64,000 nt of DNA from Candidatus Dojkabacteria bacterium (GTDB taxonomy: Bacteria; Patescibacteriota; Dojkabacteria; J137), in the NCBI GenBank assembly GCA_025993875.1, contig JAMQHH010000001.1, positions 2,785-66,784 on the forward strand, written 5' to 3'. The first letter of the stretch is position 1, and each line of letters opens with the position of its first letter. Of the stretch, positions 1-10,220 are shown piece by piece. Below the pieces are notes generated by a model, which saw only the letters and a list, made by a program, of their open reading frames with translations, did not search any database and was not told where the DNA came from. A program made the translations under genes and the position numbers.

Positions 1-10
1 CAATGTTACT

Positions 11-409
11 GTGTTAATGAAATCTTTACTGACCTTTGTCTCCAATAGAGAATCCGAAAAAATTAAAAAAGAATCTCTAAAACAGTTAACCCCCGAAGAT
101 TTGAAAGGCTTGTACGAGGAAGCGTTCTCAAACTGGAAGGGCAAAATAGAAGAGGCAAAAGATAAAAATGATTTCTATTCTCAATTTATGGCAATTGCAA
201 GCTGCAACAAATTTTATAATGAGATACAAAACAAATATGGAATCGGATTGATTAAAATTTTAGATAAATATAACCCAAAAGAGATAGATAAAAATATAGA
301 GGTATTCGAGTCGGGGTTAAATGAGCTATCAGAAATTTATGCCAAATATGGTCAAAAAATTGTAAGGTACAATAGCTTTGAGGAGCTAGAGAAGGATTAT
401 ATTCTTTAG
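11..409 (+). CDS. hypothetical protein (soluble, Lys/Glu-rich)
   Basis: Complete ORF beginning at the window edge (GTG at 11 or ATG at 17). No recognisable catalytic motif. Confidence 0.35.
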   Translation: MLMKSLLTFVSNRESEKIKKESLKQLTPEDLKGLYEEAFSNWKGKIEEAKDKNDFYSQFMAIASCNKFYNEIQNKYGIGLIKILDKYNPKEIDKNIEVFESGLNELSEIYAKYGQKIVRYNSFEELEKDYIL

Positions 410-486
410 AAAAAGTTCTGCAAACAAGCTAGCGATAAATACATACCTTCTCGTCGCAGATTAAACTATTGTAATTTTTCCGACTT

Positions 487-855
487 TTAAGCAAACTCGA
501 CACCATCTATGCCGTTGTACTCCCCCGGATTATTTGTAAGAACCTTGTGCGAAAAAACCAAAGCTGTTGCCGCAACAAGCGCGGTTGCCATAGTAACTTC
601 ACTTTCCCTAATAATTTCCGCAGCTTTTTCTGCCACTTTTCGGTCAATTTCTTTTATTACAAAATATTTGTCTACAAATTCTTTTACTTCCTGTCCAAGA
701 CTCTCGTCAACAAAAGTCTTGCTCGCAAGTAGTTCTAAAAGAGTAGCAGCCGAAATTACCATCGAAAACTTTTCGTAAGCTCCGGGAAGACTTCCTTTCC
801 CTGTTTTTAAGTATTCTGTTATTACATCGGTATCTACAATAATTGTTGTTTTCAT
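487..855 (-). CDS. PIN-domain ribonuclease, VapC-like toxin
   Basis: N-terminus MKTTIIVDTDVI has the PIN-type acidic residues. About 120 aa. Lies directly downstream of an antitoxin-like gene on the same strand. Confidence 0.7.
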   Translation of the reverse strand: MKTTIIVDTDVITEYLKTGKGSLPGAYEKFSMVISAATLLELLASKTFVDESLGQEVKEFVDKYFVIKEIDRKVAEKAAEIIRESEVTMATALVAATALVFSHKVLTNNPGEYNGIDGVEFA

Positions 856-876
856 ATAAAAATAATAATATTTATT

Positions 877-1326
877 CTAATTTGTAATTAAGGGCATAAG
901 TGCCTTTCTTATAAATTCTTTTTCTTTTTCGTTATGTCTGTCCCAAGGCTGCATTTTTGAAAGTTCATCTTCAATAACATCTGCGGGCTCTTCTGGTTTC
1001 TCTTCAGGCTGGGTAGCTACAGCTACTTCTACCTTAGCAGGCACCGCCACCTCAACCTCGGACTTTTTTATCTCTTCGGCAGGTATTTCGGCTTCTAACT
1101 CTTCCTTTACTTTTGGTTGCACAGCGACTTTAACTTTTTTCTTTGGAGCCTCGGAATCCAGGTCAACAACTTCCTCCATCTCAATTCTTATTACCTTGTA
1201 TCTTGGCCTGTTATAAGAAGTTAGCGTTACTTCTCCAAATTCATCGGCTAACGCTAGGATGTCTCCCGTTTTATTTTTAAGTTCTGTTAACGAAGCAATA
1301 ACCTTGTTGTTTTTTGTTTTATACAT
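877..1326 (-). CDS. Phd/YefM-family antitoxin-like protein with long charged C-terminal extension
   Basis: N-terminal ~70 aa (KVIASLTELKNKTGDILALADEFGEVTLTSYNRPRYKVIRIE) fit a Phd/YefM fold. C-terminal ~75 aa is an E/K/P/V-rich low-complexity tail. Sits 21 nt upstream of the PIN gene. Confidence 0.6.
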   Translation of the reverse strand: MYKTKNNKVIASLTELKNKTGDILALADEFGEVTLTSYNRPRYKVIRIEMEEVVDLDSEAPKKKVKVAVQPKVKEELEAEIPAEEIKKSEVEVAVPAKVEVAVATQPEEKPEEPADVIEDELSKMQPWDRHNEKEKEFIRKALMPLITN

Positions 1327-1389
1327 ATTAGATAATGCAAAAGTAGACTATAAAATTATAGCTAAAATGTTAAATAAGTCAAGGCTGCT

Positions 1390-3111
1390 TTAGGATTTTA
1401 TTAGTGCCGAGGAGAGGAGTTCTGCGGCTGTTTTGGTTTCCGGCCCTTCCAATATTATCAAATCACCTTTTTGCGAATTTTCTCTAATCCAAAACACAAC
1501 ATCGTTTAAATCGTTTAGCATTACACTTTTAAAACTCTCAACACCACTTTTTTTATTTATCAAAAGACTTTCTGTTGTTAAAAGAAAATCAATTTTGTTA
1601 TCTAAAAACTCTTTTAGCTTTAGGTATTCTTTTCGTTTATCCTTCCCAAGCCACAGAAATCCGTCTGTTACGAGGATAACACGATTAAATGTTAAAAAAT
1701 TAATGGCATAGTTTACCCCAGCTTTTAGGTTTTTTATACTGGCAAAATTTTTATATGGATAGAGAATTCTAGTATTGCCATCTCCTTCGATTAAGTTCCA
1801 TTCTAAAACCTCCATATTCAGTTCTGTAAGAATTGATGAAGCTTCTTTATAGGAGAGTTTGAAAAAATTAAACAGCAAATATATAACTGCTGCGACCTCA
1901 TCTTCAATATATTCTCGGGAGGTGTTAAGCAAAAATTTTTTTTCATTGGAATCGTTTTCTTTATATGTAAGCTCGGCTTTTTTCCCTTTTGCTAATTTAA
2001 TATTGGCATATACTGTCGAATCTTCTTTTTTGTCGGATATAGTAACTACACTATTAAAAAGTTTCTCGAAAAGGTGTTTGACCGGAATTTCAGGATTTAG
2101 TAAAACAACTTCTGTGGTTGGCTTAAGCCTTGATGAAATTTTTTCGAAATCTCTATTTTTGCCATATATCAAGATTACCGGATCAATTTCGCTAATTATT
2201 CTTAAAATGTTTCCGGAAAGACTATTGGATAGTATCTTTATAACAACTGTGCCATTTGTATTTGCCACGTTTCTTAATACAGTGTGCCAGTTATTGTTTC
2301 TAAGTTCAAAAAAAGAAGCTTCGGAAAGTTTTGCCGTAGATATTTTAAGTAGCTCCTCCAGTACTGTAATTTCCCAGTCTCCTACCAAAAGAATTATATT
2401 TGGATTCTTTTTTGTTGTTTTTAGCCTTTCTTCAAAAAAAACAAGGGCGATTTGATTATACAATGAGGTAAACCCTCCACTTATTATTACGAGTAATCCT
2501 GTTATTATAGATGAAGCCAGGTCTAAAAAAAGCAAGATACCGATAGAGATACCAATAAATAAAAAAATATCCAAAAGATAAAGAGGAGAACTGGCTGTGA
2601 GTGTAAGCAGGGTAGCTCCGCTACTCGATACTGTCCGTTCGAGTATTAAAAAGGGATAGCTAATAAACCAAAAAAGTATAAGTAAAAAAACAATTAATAT
2701 TCCACTAACAGCTAAGGGTCTGGCATCCAAGACGCGGTAACCTATAAGGTTTTTATACAAAACTCTCTGAAAAAATGCAAAAAGCTCAAATACCCATATA
2801 AAATAAACCAATAATGCCGCCACTAAAGAGACAAGGGGAGATACAAATATGGCCGAAACAAGCCCAAACAGTATAAATTTGATTAGCTGAACAAACCAAA
2901 GCCTATTTGCATGGTTATAATCCCACCTTAAATAGTTATACAGGTTTTCCATACGGTACTCGCTTTTATGCCAGTAGGCAAGATTCCACAGCACGTTTTT
3001 CAGCACTATTAGTATTGGAGGAATCCAGAGTAAAAGTGCAAAAATCAAAAACTCTCTCATAAGTAATTTTATTAATAACCATATTCTTTCAGAAAGTAAG
3101 CTTTTTGGCAA
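1390..3111 (-). CDS. polytopic membrane protein with cytoplasmic C-terminal Mur-ligase-like (MurF-like) domain
   Basis: N-terminal ~280 aa contain many hydrophobic helices. The C-terminal region has a degenerate Mur ligase P-loop-like segment (ANTNGTVV) and a Mur-ligase C-terminal-like end (ILVTDGFLWLGKD ... GDLIILEGPETKTAAELL). Confidence 0.45.
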   Translation of the reverse strand: MPKSLLSERIWLLIKLLMREFLIFALLLWIPPILIVLKNVLWNLAYWHKSEYRMENLYNYLRWDYNHANRLWFVQLIKFILFGLVSAIFVSPLVSLVAALLVYFIWVFELFAFFQRVLYKNLIGYRVLDARPLAVSGILIVFLLILFWFISYPFLILERTVSSSGATLLTLTASSPLYLLDIFLFIGISIGILLFLDLASSIITGLLVIISGGFTSLYNQIALVFFEERLKTTKKNPNIILLVGDWEITVLEELLKISTAKLSEASFFELRNNNWHTVLRNVANTNGTVVIKILSNSLSGNILRIISEIDPVILIYGKNRDFEKISSRLKPTTEVVLLNPEIPVKHLFEKLFNSVVTISDKKEDSTVYANIKLAKGKKAELTYKENDSNEKKFLLNTSREYIEDEVAAVIYLLFNFFKLSYKEASSILTELNMEVLEWNLIEGDGNTRILYPYKNFASIKNLKAGVNYAINFLTFNRVILVTDGFLWLGKDKRKEYLKLKEFLDNKIDFLLTTESLLINKKSGVESFKSVMLNDLNDVVFWIRENSQKGDLIILEGPETKTAAELLSSALIKS

Positions 3112-3176
3112 GAAAAGTTTTCTTGCCTATTTCTTAAAAGATCTTTATACTTATCTGTATATTTAAACAAATTATT

Positions 3177-3485
3177 ATGGATATAAACCAGGTTATTCAG
3201 CTTGTTCTTGCTGTTTCAGTTTCTTTTGCGGTTGTTGCGATCTCTTTACAGATTGCCATTTTAGTAGGAAGTTTATCAGGGATGGTAAAGGATGCCAGAA
3301 AACCTGTTCAAAATGTTGGTGAGTTAAGCGATCTTGCGCTTGAAGATTATAAGACCATAAGAAGGGCCATTTATTCAGTAAAGAATTTATTTAGTGCCTT
3401 TAAGGCTTTATCTAAGCTTTTCCCTGGGAAAAAAGGCGATAAAACATCAACAGACACAAGTGCGAAAGTGGAAAATCCCGCTTGA
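3177..3485 (+). CDS. small membrane protein, hypothetical
   Basis: ORF with an N-terminal hydrophobic helix, directly upstream of rpsO. Confidence 0.35.
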   Translation: MDINQVIQLVLAVSVSFAVVAISLQIAILVGSLSGMVKDARKPVQNVGELSDLALEDYKTIRRAIYSVKNLFSAFKALSKLFPGKKGDKTSTDTSAKVENPA

Positions 3486-3537
3486 AATAGCACTAATTTT
3501 GGAATATAATATATATCTAATAGATATTAATAAAAAT

Positions 3538-3828
3538 ATGGCAAGTAAAAAATCAAAGTTCAATAGAGAGAAGGTTCAAAAAAGAGAGGTAATCAGTAAG
3601 TTTTCAATGCACGAAAAAGATACTGGTTCTCCAAAGGCTCAGGTTGCTATTTTAACCGAAAGGATAAAGTATCTGGCCGATCACTTAAAGACTCACAAAA
3701 AGGACAAACACTCTCGAAAGGGTCTTTTGAAAATTGTAGGTGCAAGGCGCAAACTTATTAAATATATAGAAAAGACCGAAGATAAAGCCTCTGTGTCCAA
3801 ATTTTTAAAGCAGGTAGGCTTAGAATAA
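3538..3828 (+). CDS. rpsO: 30S ribosomal protein S15
   Basis: MASKKSKFNREKVQKREVISKF...ILTERIKYLADHLKTHKKDKHSRKGLLKIVGARRKLIKYI matches S15 over its full length. The internal ATG at 3538 is preferred over the ORF-track start at 3394. Confidence 0.9.
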   Translation: MASKKSKFNREKVQKREVISKFSMHEKDTGSPKAQVAILTERIKYLADHLKTHKKDKHSRKGLLKIVGARRKLIKYIEKTEDKASVSKFLKQVGLE

Positions 3829-3851
3829 AAAATTAACTTTAAAACTTTATA

Positions 3852-3880
3852 AAATCCCAAACTTTGTTTGGGATTTTTGT
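3852..3880 (+). terminator. rho-independent terminator after rpsO
   Basis: 11-bp perfect stem AAATCCCAAAC/GTTTGGGATTT with a 3-nt loop, followed by a T-run. Confidence 0.55.
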
Positions 3881-3894
3881 TATCTTGTTAATGT

Positions 3895-5070
3895 ATGCTA
3901 GGCTTTAAAACTCACAAAAAAAAGAATATATTTAATAAGGCAAAGTCGCGCGGAGATTTACAAATGCGATTTATCCCCACATCTACCGGAGGCAGTAAGG
4001 TGTTGCGTAACTCTAAGGCAGAACCACAGACAGGTATTTTAAGAAAGAGAGTAAAAGGTAATCCCCGTTTAGATGAGATAAAAAAAAGAAGGCGCATTCT
4101 ATTTCGGCAGCAATTAAAAGAGCTATACATTCGTAATCGTTTTAAGCTAGGTATTTTCTTTGTCCTTTCGCTAATCTTTTTGGCAGGCTTTGTTGTTTTT
4201 ATTGTGATTAGGAGTTTTGGAAATACAAAAATCTCACAAATTATTGTAATAGGAGAAACCGAACATATAAATAATCAAATAAAGGATCAGCTATCAATCT
4301 ATAGCTCTAAAAGTCTTTTTGATATTTCAATAGAAAGCCTTAGGTCGGATATCTCTAAGGCGTACAACCTTTCTGGAAAGCAGATAAAGCTTTATAAAAT
4401 AATTCCTGACACTTTGAAAATTGAAATAGTAGAGAACTCGCCAAAGCTTGCAGCTATAAATTTCTTCGGAATATATCTGGTAGATAACTATGGCGCGCTT
4501 ATAAAGCAACTCGATGTATCGGCAACTCCGGTAACTCAGAGTGAAAGAGAATTCTTATCGTTAACTAAAAACCTAGACTCCGAAATGGTAAAGGCAGAGT
4601 ATCTTTCGATAAATAACCTTCCAACAGGTTTTGTTATCAAATGGGATGAAGTAGAGGTAGATAAAAAGGAGGAAGCGTACAATCACCTGGTCGAACGCAT
4701 AAGTTTAAAGCAGGAGGAATTTTATAGAATTGCAACAGAGGAGGTAAGCAAGGGAGATTACAAATATTTACCTCTTATTAAATCGTATTTTGAACTTTTT
4801 TCTGAAGGTGATTTTATTGATAATGACCTTATCGACTTAACACTTTATTTTGCAGAGGAATTAGGAAAATTAGGGATAATTTCTACCGAAAAGTTGTGGC
4901 CTAGTGCTGGCTCAATAGTTATTAAATCAGAATCGCAAAAAGAGTTTTGGTTCTCTAAAAGAAGAGATAAGGACCAGCAACTAATAGACCTTCAAACAAT
5001 GGTTTATGGCGGAAGACTTAACGAAGGCTCAATTTTTGATTTCCGCTCAAATAACTTTTCAATTAGATAG
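3895..5070 (+). CDS. ftsQ: cell division protein FtsQ/DivIB-like
   Basis: Basic cytoplasmic N-terminus, one TM helix (LGIFFVLSLIFLAGFVVFIVI), then a POTRA-like segment (ISQIIVIGETEHINNQIKDQL...KIEIVE). Located immediately upstream of ftsA-ftsZ. The true start may be the internal ATG at ~3961. Confidence 0.55.
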   Translation: MLGFKTHKKKNIFNKAKSRGDLQMRFIPTSTGGSKVLRNSKAEPQTGILRKRVKGNPRLDEIKKRRRILFRQQLKELYIRNRFKLGIFFVLSLIFLAGFVVFIVIRSFGNTKISQIIVIGETEHINNQIKDQLSIYSSKSLFDISIESLRSDISKAYNLSGKQIKLYKIIPDTLKIEIVENSPKLAAINFFGIYLVDNYGALIKQLDVSATPVTQSEREFLSLTKNLDSEMVKAEYLSINNLPTGFVIKWDEVEVDKKEEAYNHLVERISLKQEEFYRIATEEVSKGDYKYLPLIKSYFELFSEGDFIDNDLIDLTLYFAEELGKLGIISTEKLWPSAGSIVIKSESQKEFWFSKRRDKDQQLIDLQTMVYGGRLNEGSIFDFRSNNFSIR

Positions 5071-5212
5071 AAATGTAATACTATATTTATATAGCAAGTA
5101 GATTTGCTGCTTGTAGTGATAATGCTTGAAAATAAAGGCTTTAGATTGTAAACTATGAGCACAGGTAGAATTATATAGCGATTCTTTCTTTAATTAATTA
5201 TTTATAAATATA

Positions 5213-6535
5213 ATGGCTAATATTATTACAGGGATAGATATAGGTTCGCATAAAGTAAGTGTTGTAATTGCAATGGTCGATGAAGATAGCAAAGCAAGGG
5301 TTATCGGAGAAGCATCTTATCCGTCTGTCGGAATAAGAAAAGGAGAGATAACAGGGATAGATGAAGCTATAAACTCTATCGCTTCGGCTTTAAACGGAGC
5401 CGAAAGAATGGCAGGTCTTACTGTTTCTTCTGCATATGTATCAATTAACGGGAAGCAAATAATCTCAAATAACAATAAAGGTGTAGTCGCAATTGCCGAT
5501 TCGGAGATTACCGAAGACGATGTTTTTAGAACAATGGAGCAGGCAAGAACAGTTGCTATTCCTCCTGCTAGAGAGATAATTCATTTAATTCCAAGGGAAT
5601 TTATAGTTGATCAGCAAAGTGGTATTAAGGTTCCAATAGGTATGACTGGTAACAGATTAGAGGTAGATGCACATATTATTTCTTCCCCGGTTACTGCAAT
5701 ACACAATCTGGAAAAATGCATTCAAAGTACAGGCTTAAAAATAGATTCAATTGTATTTACTGGGTGGGCTGCTGCTCAATCAGTTTTAACTCCTACAGAA
5801 AAAGAATTAGGCGTGTTACTACTTGATATTGGCGGTGGAACTGTATCTATTACAACTTTTGTTGAAGATGCCGTAACTTACAGTACCTCCATACCTTTAG
5901 GTGGAAGCAATATTACAAGGGATTTGGCGGCTGGTTTACGACTTTCTTTAGACGATGCAGAAAAGGTAAAGGTTACAGCAAACGACCTTTTAAAAGAAAG
6001 TGAAGAGGTTAAAAAGATTAAGCCGGTAGAAAAAAAGGAGAAAAAAGAAAAGTCAGAGGATCTGGAAGATGAATCTTCTGAAAAAAGAAGCGATATAATT
6101 AATGTAGCGCATTTAGGTATAGAGGGAGTAAAAACAATTTCGAGAAAACTTTTTTCGGAGATTGTTGATGCGCGGGTAGAGGAGATTTTGGAACTGGTAA
6201 AATTAAATATTGAACAATCTGGTAACGAATATAAATTACCTGCAGGAATTGTTTTAACGGGAGGGGCTGCTCAAATTCCCGGGATTACCGCAATAGCTAA
6301 AAAAGTCTTCGGAGCCCCGGCAAGGGTAGGAATTCCTCGCGGTCTCGATGGACTTGTAGAAGGAATTTCCTCTTCCGCCTATTCCGTTGTTTCGGGTTTA
6401 CTTCTTTATGCTTTACACGACGAAGTTACTCGTGGGGATACAAAGTATACACCAAAAGGCGGAATTAAATCCAAAACTCAAGGAGGCTCTATATTTGATC
6501 GGCTTTTGGGAGTAATTAGAAGAGTTCTGCCATAA
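5213..6535 (+). CDS. ftsA: cell division protein FtsA
   Basis: Actin-like ATPase motifs ITGIDIGSHKVSVVIA and LLLDIGGGTVSITTF. Gene order is ftsQ-ftsA-ftsZ. An acidic/lysine-rich insertion (KKEKKEKSEDLEDESSEK) is present. Confidence 0.9.
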   Translation: MANIITGIDIGSHKVSVVIAMVDEDSKARVIGEASYPSVGIRKGEITGIDEAINSIASALNGAERMAGLTVSSAYVSINGKQIISNNNKGVVAIADSEITEDDVFRTMEQARTVAIPPAREIIHLIPREFIVDQQSGIKVPIGMTGNRLEVDAHIISSPVTAIHNLEKCIQSTGLKIDSIVFTGWAAAQSVLTPTEKELGVLLLDIGGGTVSITTFVEDAVTYSTSIPLGGSNITRDLAAGLRLSLDDAEKVKVTANDLLKESEEVKKIKPVEKKEKKEKSEDLEDESSEKRSDIINVAHLGIEGVKTISRKLFSEIVDARVEEILELVKLNIEQSGNEYKLPAGIVLTGGAAQIPGITAIAKKVFGAPARVGIPRGLDGLVEGISSSAYSVVSGLLLYALHDEVTRGDTKYTPKGGIKSKTQGGSIFDRLLGVIRRVLP

Positions 6536-6849
6536 ATTATTCTCACATAACCAACAAAGTTTATTCTAAATTATATTCTCTTGAATGAACTCTGAAAGCC
6601 CAGGGAGGCAAAAAGTATAAATTTTGTACTCTTGTATTTTAAAAAGACAAACACCTAATCACCTTAACCGATAAACTCTCTAGCCCCCGTGAATAAATTT
6701 TTTGTACAAAAATATTCACAAACAGCATAACAATTGCTTGAAAAAATTGTTTCACTAAAGTATTCTGTATAAAGTAAATTGTTGTTACAAATTACAAAAT
6801 ACCATCTGTCGAAAGACTTTGGTAGTTTATAAATATTAGAACTATTAAT

Positions 6850-7989
6850 ATGTTGGTTAAACCGCAAGCAGCTCTTTCAGCTAAAATAAAAGTAGTAGGT
6901 GTAGGTGGAGGTGGAGGTAATGCTTTAAATACAATGGTAACTGATTATAATATTCAGGATGTAGAATTTATTGCAATCAATACAGATGCACAGGCTTTAG
7001 AAAATTCAAAGGCAGATATTAAATTAAGAATAGGTGAACAGATAACTAGAGGTCTAGGAAGCGGAGGAAATCCTATAATAGGGCGAAAAGCCGCAGAAGA
7101 AAGTGTAGAACTTATTCACGAAAATCTTGCTGGAGCTGATATGGTATTTATCACTTCGGGTATGGGCGGAGGAACTGGAACAGGAGCATCACCAATTGTT
7201 GCCGGTATAGCCAAAAATTTAGGCGCTTTGACTGTCGGAGTGGTTACTAAGCCATTCCAATTTGAAATGAAAAAAAGGATGGATTCGGCAATAAAGGGAA
7301 TAGAAGAGCTAAGGGATAAGGTTGATACACTTATAGTAGTTCCCAATCAAAGACTTTTGGAGATTTTGGATAAAAATGTGTCCTTTCTAGACGCAATGAG
7401 AAAAGCCGATGATGTTTTGGCACAGGCAGTAAGAAGCATCTCCAATCTTATTACCCAATCGGGGTTAATAAATGTTGACTTTGCCGATGTAAGAAGCGTA
7501 ATGGATAATGGGGGGGCAGCACTAATGGGTATTGGTCAGGCCGAAGGAGATAATAGAGCTGCTGTTGCTGCAAAGCAAGCAATCGAAAGTCCACTTTTGG
7601 AGATCTCAATCGATGGGGCAAAAGGAGTTTTATTTAATGTTATTGGTGGAAAAAATCTTGGAATGTCAGAGATAAGCGCTGCTGCCGAGATTGTAAAAGA
7701 TAGAATCTCACCCGATGCTACATTTATTTTTGGTGCAAGTATAGACCCATCGTACGAGGACAAACTGGAAGTAACGGTTTTGGCTACTGGGTTTGATGTA
7801 GATTACTTTAACTCCGAAGTTATGGGTGGAAATTTTTTCGATAAGCCAAAAACCCAAGATCGCTCTCAACTTGCCATACAAAGACCTCAGGGAGGTGGTA
7901 GTGCTGCAGGACTAATAAATAGAGGTCAAACTACAATAGATGATGAAGATTTAGACAATCTGCCAAGCTATCTGAGAAAGCAAAAGTAG
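6850..7989 (+). CDS. ftsZ: cell division GTPase FtsZ
   Basis: Tubulin signature GGGTGTG ([16 protein letters not shown]) and NTDAQAL. Length is typical. Confidence 0.95.
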   Translation: MLVKPQAALSAKIKVVGVGGGGGNALNTMVTDYNIQDVEFIAINTDAQALENSKADIKLRIGEQITRGLGSGGNPIIGRKAAEESVELIHENLAGADMVFITSGMGGGTGTGASPIVAGIAKNLGALTVGVVTKPFQFEMKKRMDSAIKGIEELRDKVDTLIVVPNQRLLEILDKNVSFLDAMRKADDVLAQAVRSISNLITQSGLINVDFADVRSVMDNGGAALMGIGQAEGDNRAAVAAKQAIESPLLEISIDGAKGVLFNVIGGKNLGMSEISAAAEIVKDRISPDATFIFGASIDPSYEDKLEVTVLATGFDVDYFNSEVMGGNFFDKPKTQDRSQLAIQRPQGGGSAAGLINRGQTTIDDEDLDNLPSYLRKQK

Positions 7990-8019
7990 TTTAAGTTTTT
8001 TTATTTATAAAAAAACTAT

Positions 8020-8880
8020 TTAATCTACCGGTCTGGCTATTGCAACATACCTCTGCGCATTATTCCCGGCTGGGTAGCATGTAAATAGAGTTAAAGTCCT
8101 CTTACCTTTAGTTCCTGTTAAAATCGAAACATCGGTAGGGCTAACAATTTTGCTTTTTTGCATACGAAATTTGTACGTTCTAGAGTCTATTTCTATAATA
8201 ATTTCATCACCAACTTTTAGGTTGTGTAACAAGCTAAATGCAACCATCGGGTTAGAGGGTGAAGGTGAATATGCCTGGCTAATACTATGACCGTAAATGA
8301 CTATGTTATTTTCAACATTCGAAATTGGGAGACCGGTGCTTTTAAAATGAGCTAAAGAATTATTTAGAATTGGAAGATAATTTTGCTCGTTTGTGCTATC
8401 AACATTTGCGGTAACCGGAAGTCTGTTTATACCAAGAGATTGTATAGTTATATAAAACGTGCCGGAAAACTGTGAGCTTAGATTATCTTCCGCCAAAATA
8501 TTTTCTTCCAGTGCTTTTTCAGTTAGATCTGCAAAGCTTTCGGGTGTAGAGATAAATTGAGCAAAATCAATATACTCTTCGGATACAGGGGAAATAGTCC
8601 CCTGGTCCAAATAACCTTTTTGTAGTGCTATACTTTGTTGAATTTCGGGGTAAATTTGTCGATAAATAAATAGTACCCCTGCAAAAATAAAAATTGATGG
8701 TATAATTATACTTGCAATTCGCGAGGAGCTTGCAGCGTTTTTTATACCTCTGTATAAATCTGCGATTAAGCTTGATAGGGTAACTTTTTTTGGAGTATCC
8801 CATCCTAGCTCTGCAATTGCTATATTTTCGCTAGTTTTTGAATTAAAATCGTTATTTTTGTCGTAAGAGTAAAGTGACAT
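8020..8880 (-). CDS. sortase family transpeptidase
   Basis: N-terminal membrane anchor. Conserved sortase His (IVIYGHS) and catalytic TLxTC cysteine motif (LTLFTCYP), followed by the conserved Arg region. Confidence 0.75.
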   Translation of the reverse strand: MSLYSYDKNNDFNSKTSENIAIAELGWDTPKKVTLSSLIADLYRGIKNAASSSRIASIIIPSIFIFAGVLFIYRQIYPEIQQSIALQKGYLDQGTISPVSEEYIDFAQFISTPESFADLTEKALEENILAEDNLSSQFSGTFYITIQSLGINRLPVTANVDSTNEQNYLPILNNSLAHFKSTGLPISNVENNIVIYGHSISQAYSPSPSNPMVAFSLLHNLKVGDEIIIEIDSRTYKFRMQKSKIVSPTDVSILTGTKGKRTLTLFTCYPAGNNAQRYVAIARPVD

Positions 8881-8936
8881 CTTTGTTTAAATAATTTACT
8901 ACAATAACATCATATAATAATTATTACCATATCTAA

Positions 8937-10214
8937 ATGTCAATCTCGGGAGAAGATAAACAAAAGGTAAAAAATTTAGTAGCCTCTGGGCAGAGACAAG
9001 GTTACATTTCGCACGATGAAATTTTAAATATTTTTCCGGAAGTAGAGGAAAATCTTCAGTTATTAGAATACATTGTATCTTCTTTACAAGATTCTGATAT
9101 CGAAATTATAGATGTTGCCGAAGGAGATGGAGTTGCTTTAAGCGAAACTACACAGTCCAAAATGACTTTTGAGGAAAAAATAAAAATATTAAAACAAATA
9201 AAGTCGCATATAAGTACCGATCCAATAAGAGCATATCTCCATGAAATAGGCAAAATTCCTCTTTTAAATGCCGAGGAGGAGGTGTATTTTGCAAAAAGAA
9301 TTGAAGATGCCGAAAAAGAGTTTTCTAAAGTTATAAAAGAGCTTGGCTCCAAAAAAATTGACGAGGTTTATATAAAGGCTGCAAAGGCGTTGGAAAAAGG
9401 TAATAAAAAGAGTGTATATGTGGATTCGGCAAAAAAAAGAATATCAGAAAAAGATAGAAAGTTTTGCACCAAGGTTTTGAAGGATGGAATAGAGGCAAAG
9501 CATCTTTTAACTACGGCTAATTTAAGACTTGTGGTTTCTATTGCTAAAAACTATGTAAAAAGAGGTTTAGACCTGTTAGATTTAATTCAGGAAGGAAACC
9601 TGGGTTTAATGAGGGCAGTTGATAAATTTGAATATAGAAAAGGATTTAAGTTTTCTACCTATGCCACCTGGTGGATTAGGCAGGCCATAACCAGAGCTAT
9701 CGCCGATCAGGCTAGAACTATACGGGTTCCTGTTCACATGATCGAGACAATAAACAAATTAAGCAAGGTATCTTCCCAAATTGCATCTAAATTGGGTCGA
9801 AAACCAAGCCCAAAAGAGATAGCCCGCGAACTTGGAATCTCAGAGGAAAAAGTTCACGAAATTATTAAAATAGCTCAGAAGCCACAATCGCTGGAAGCTC
9901 CAATAGGTGATGATCCCGAAAGCAGTAATTTATCGGATATTATTCCGGACGAATTTACAGCTCCACCTTCCGAAATGGCTCAATGGTCTTATTTAAAAAA
10001 ACAGATAAACGAAATACTTGCAACTTTGTCTGACAGAGAAAGAAAAGTTTTAGAATTAAGATTTGGGCTTAGGGATGGCGTTGCCCGAACATTGGAAGAG
10101 GTTGGACACGAATTTAATGTTACAAGAGAAAGAATTAGGCAAATTGAATCCAAAGCACTAAGAAGAATGAAGAGCGACGAAATTGCCCAAGCTTTAAAAG
10201 ATTATTTAGTATAA
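8937..10214 (+). CDS. rpoD: RNA polymerase sigma-70 factor, primary (RpoD/SigA)
   Basis: Region 2 ([54 protein letters not shown]). Region 4 ([26 protein letters not shown]). Confidence 0.9.
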   Translation: MSISGEDKQKVKNLVASGQRQGYISHDEILNIFPEVEENLQLLEYIVSSLQDSDIEIIDVAEGDGVALSETTQSKMTFEEKIKILKQIKSHISTDPIRAYLHEIGKIPLLNAEEEVYFAKRIEDAEKEFSKVIKELGSKKIDEVYIKAAKALEKGNKKSVYVDSAKKRISEKDRKFCTKVLKDGIEAKHLLTTANLRLVVSIAKNYVKRGLDLLDLIQEGNLGLMRAVDKFEYRKGFKFSTYATWWIRQAITRAIADQARTIRVPVHMIETINKLSKVSSQIASKLGRKPSPKEIARELGISEEKVHEIIKIAQKPQSLEAPIGDDPESSNLSDIIPDEFTAPPSEMAQWSYLKKQINEILATLSDRERKVLELRFGLRDGVARTLEEVGHEFNVTRERIRQIESKALRRMKSDEIAQALKDYLV

Positions 10215-10220
10215 AAAAAT

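Noticed and set aside
509-778. Plus-strand ORFs (509-778, 547-732) antisense to the PIN gene.
   Set aside because: Shadow ORFs inside a well-supported minus-strand CDS, with low-complexity translation.
1433-2455. Plus-strand ORFs 1433-1711 and 1859-2455 inside the 573-aa membrane protein gene.
   Set aside because: Antisense shadow ORFs with Ser/Phe/Leu-rich low-complexity products typical of AT-rich antisense frames.
3394-3537. N-terminal extension of rpsO as given in the ORF track.
   Set aside because: The S15 homology begins at MASKKSKF (ATG 3538). The upstream part overlaps the preceding small ORF and has no S15 similarity.
7116-7763. Minus-strand ORFs 7116-7346 and 7536-7763 inside ftsZ.
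   Set aside because: Antisense to a highly conserved gene, with Gly/Ala/Pro-rich mirror translation of the FtsZ glycine-rich region.
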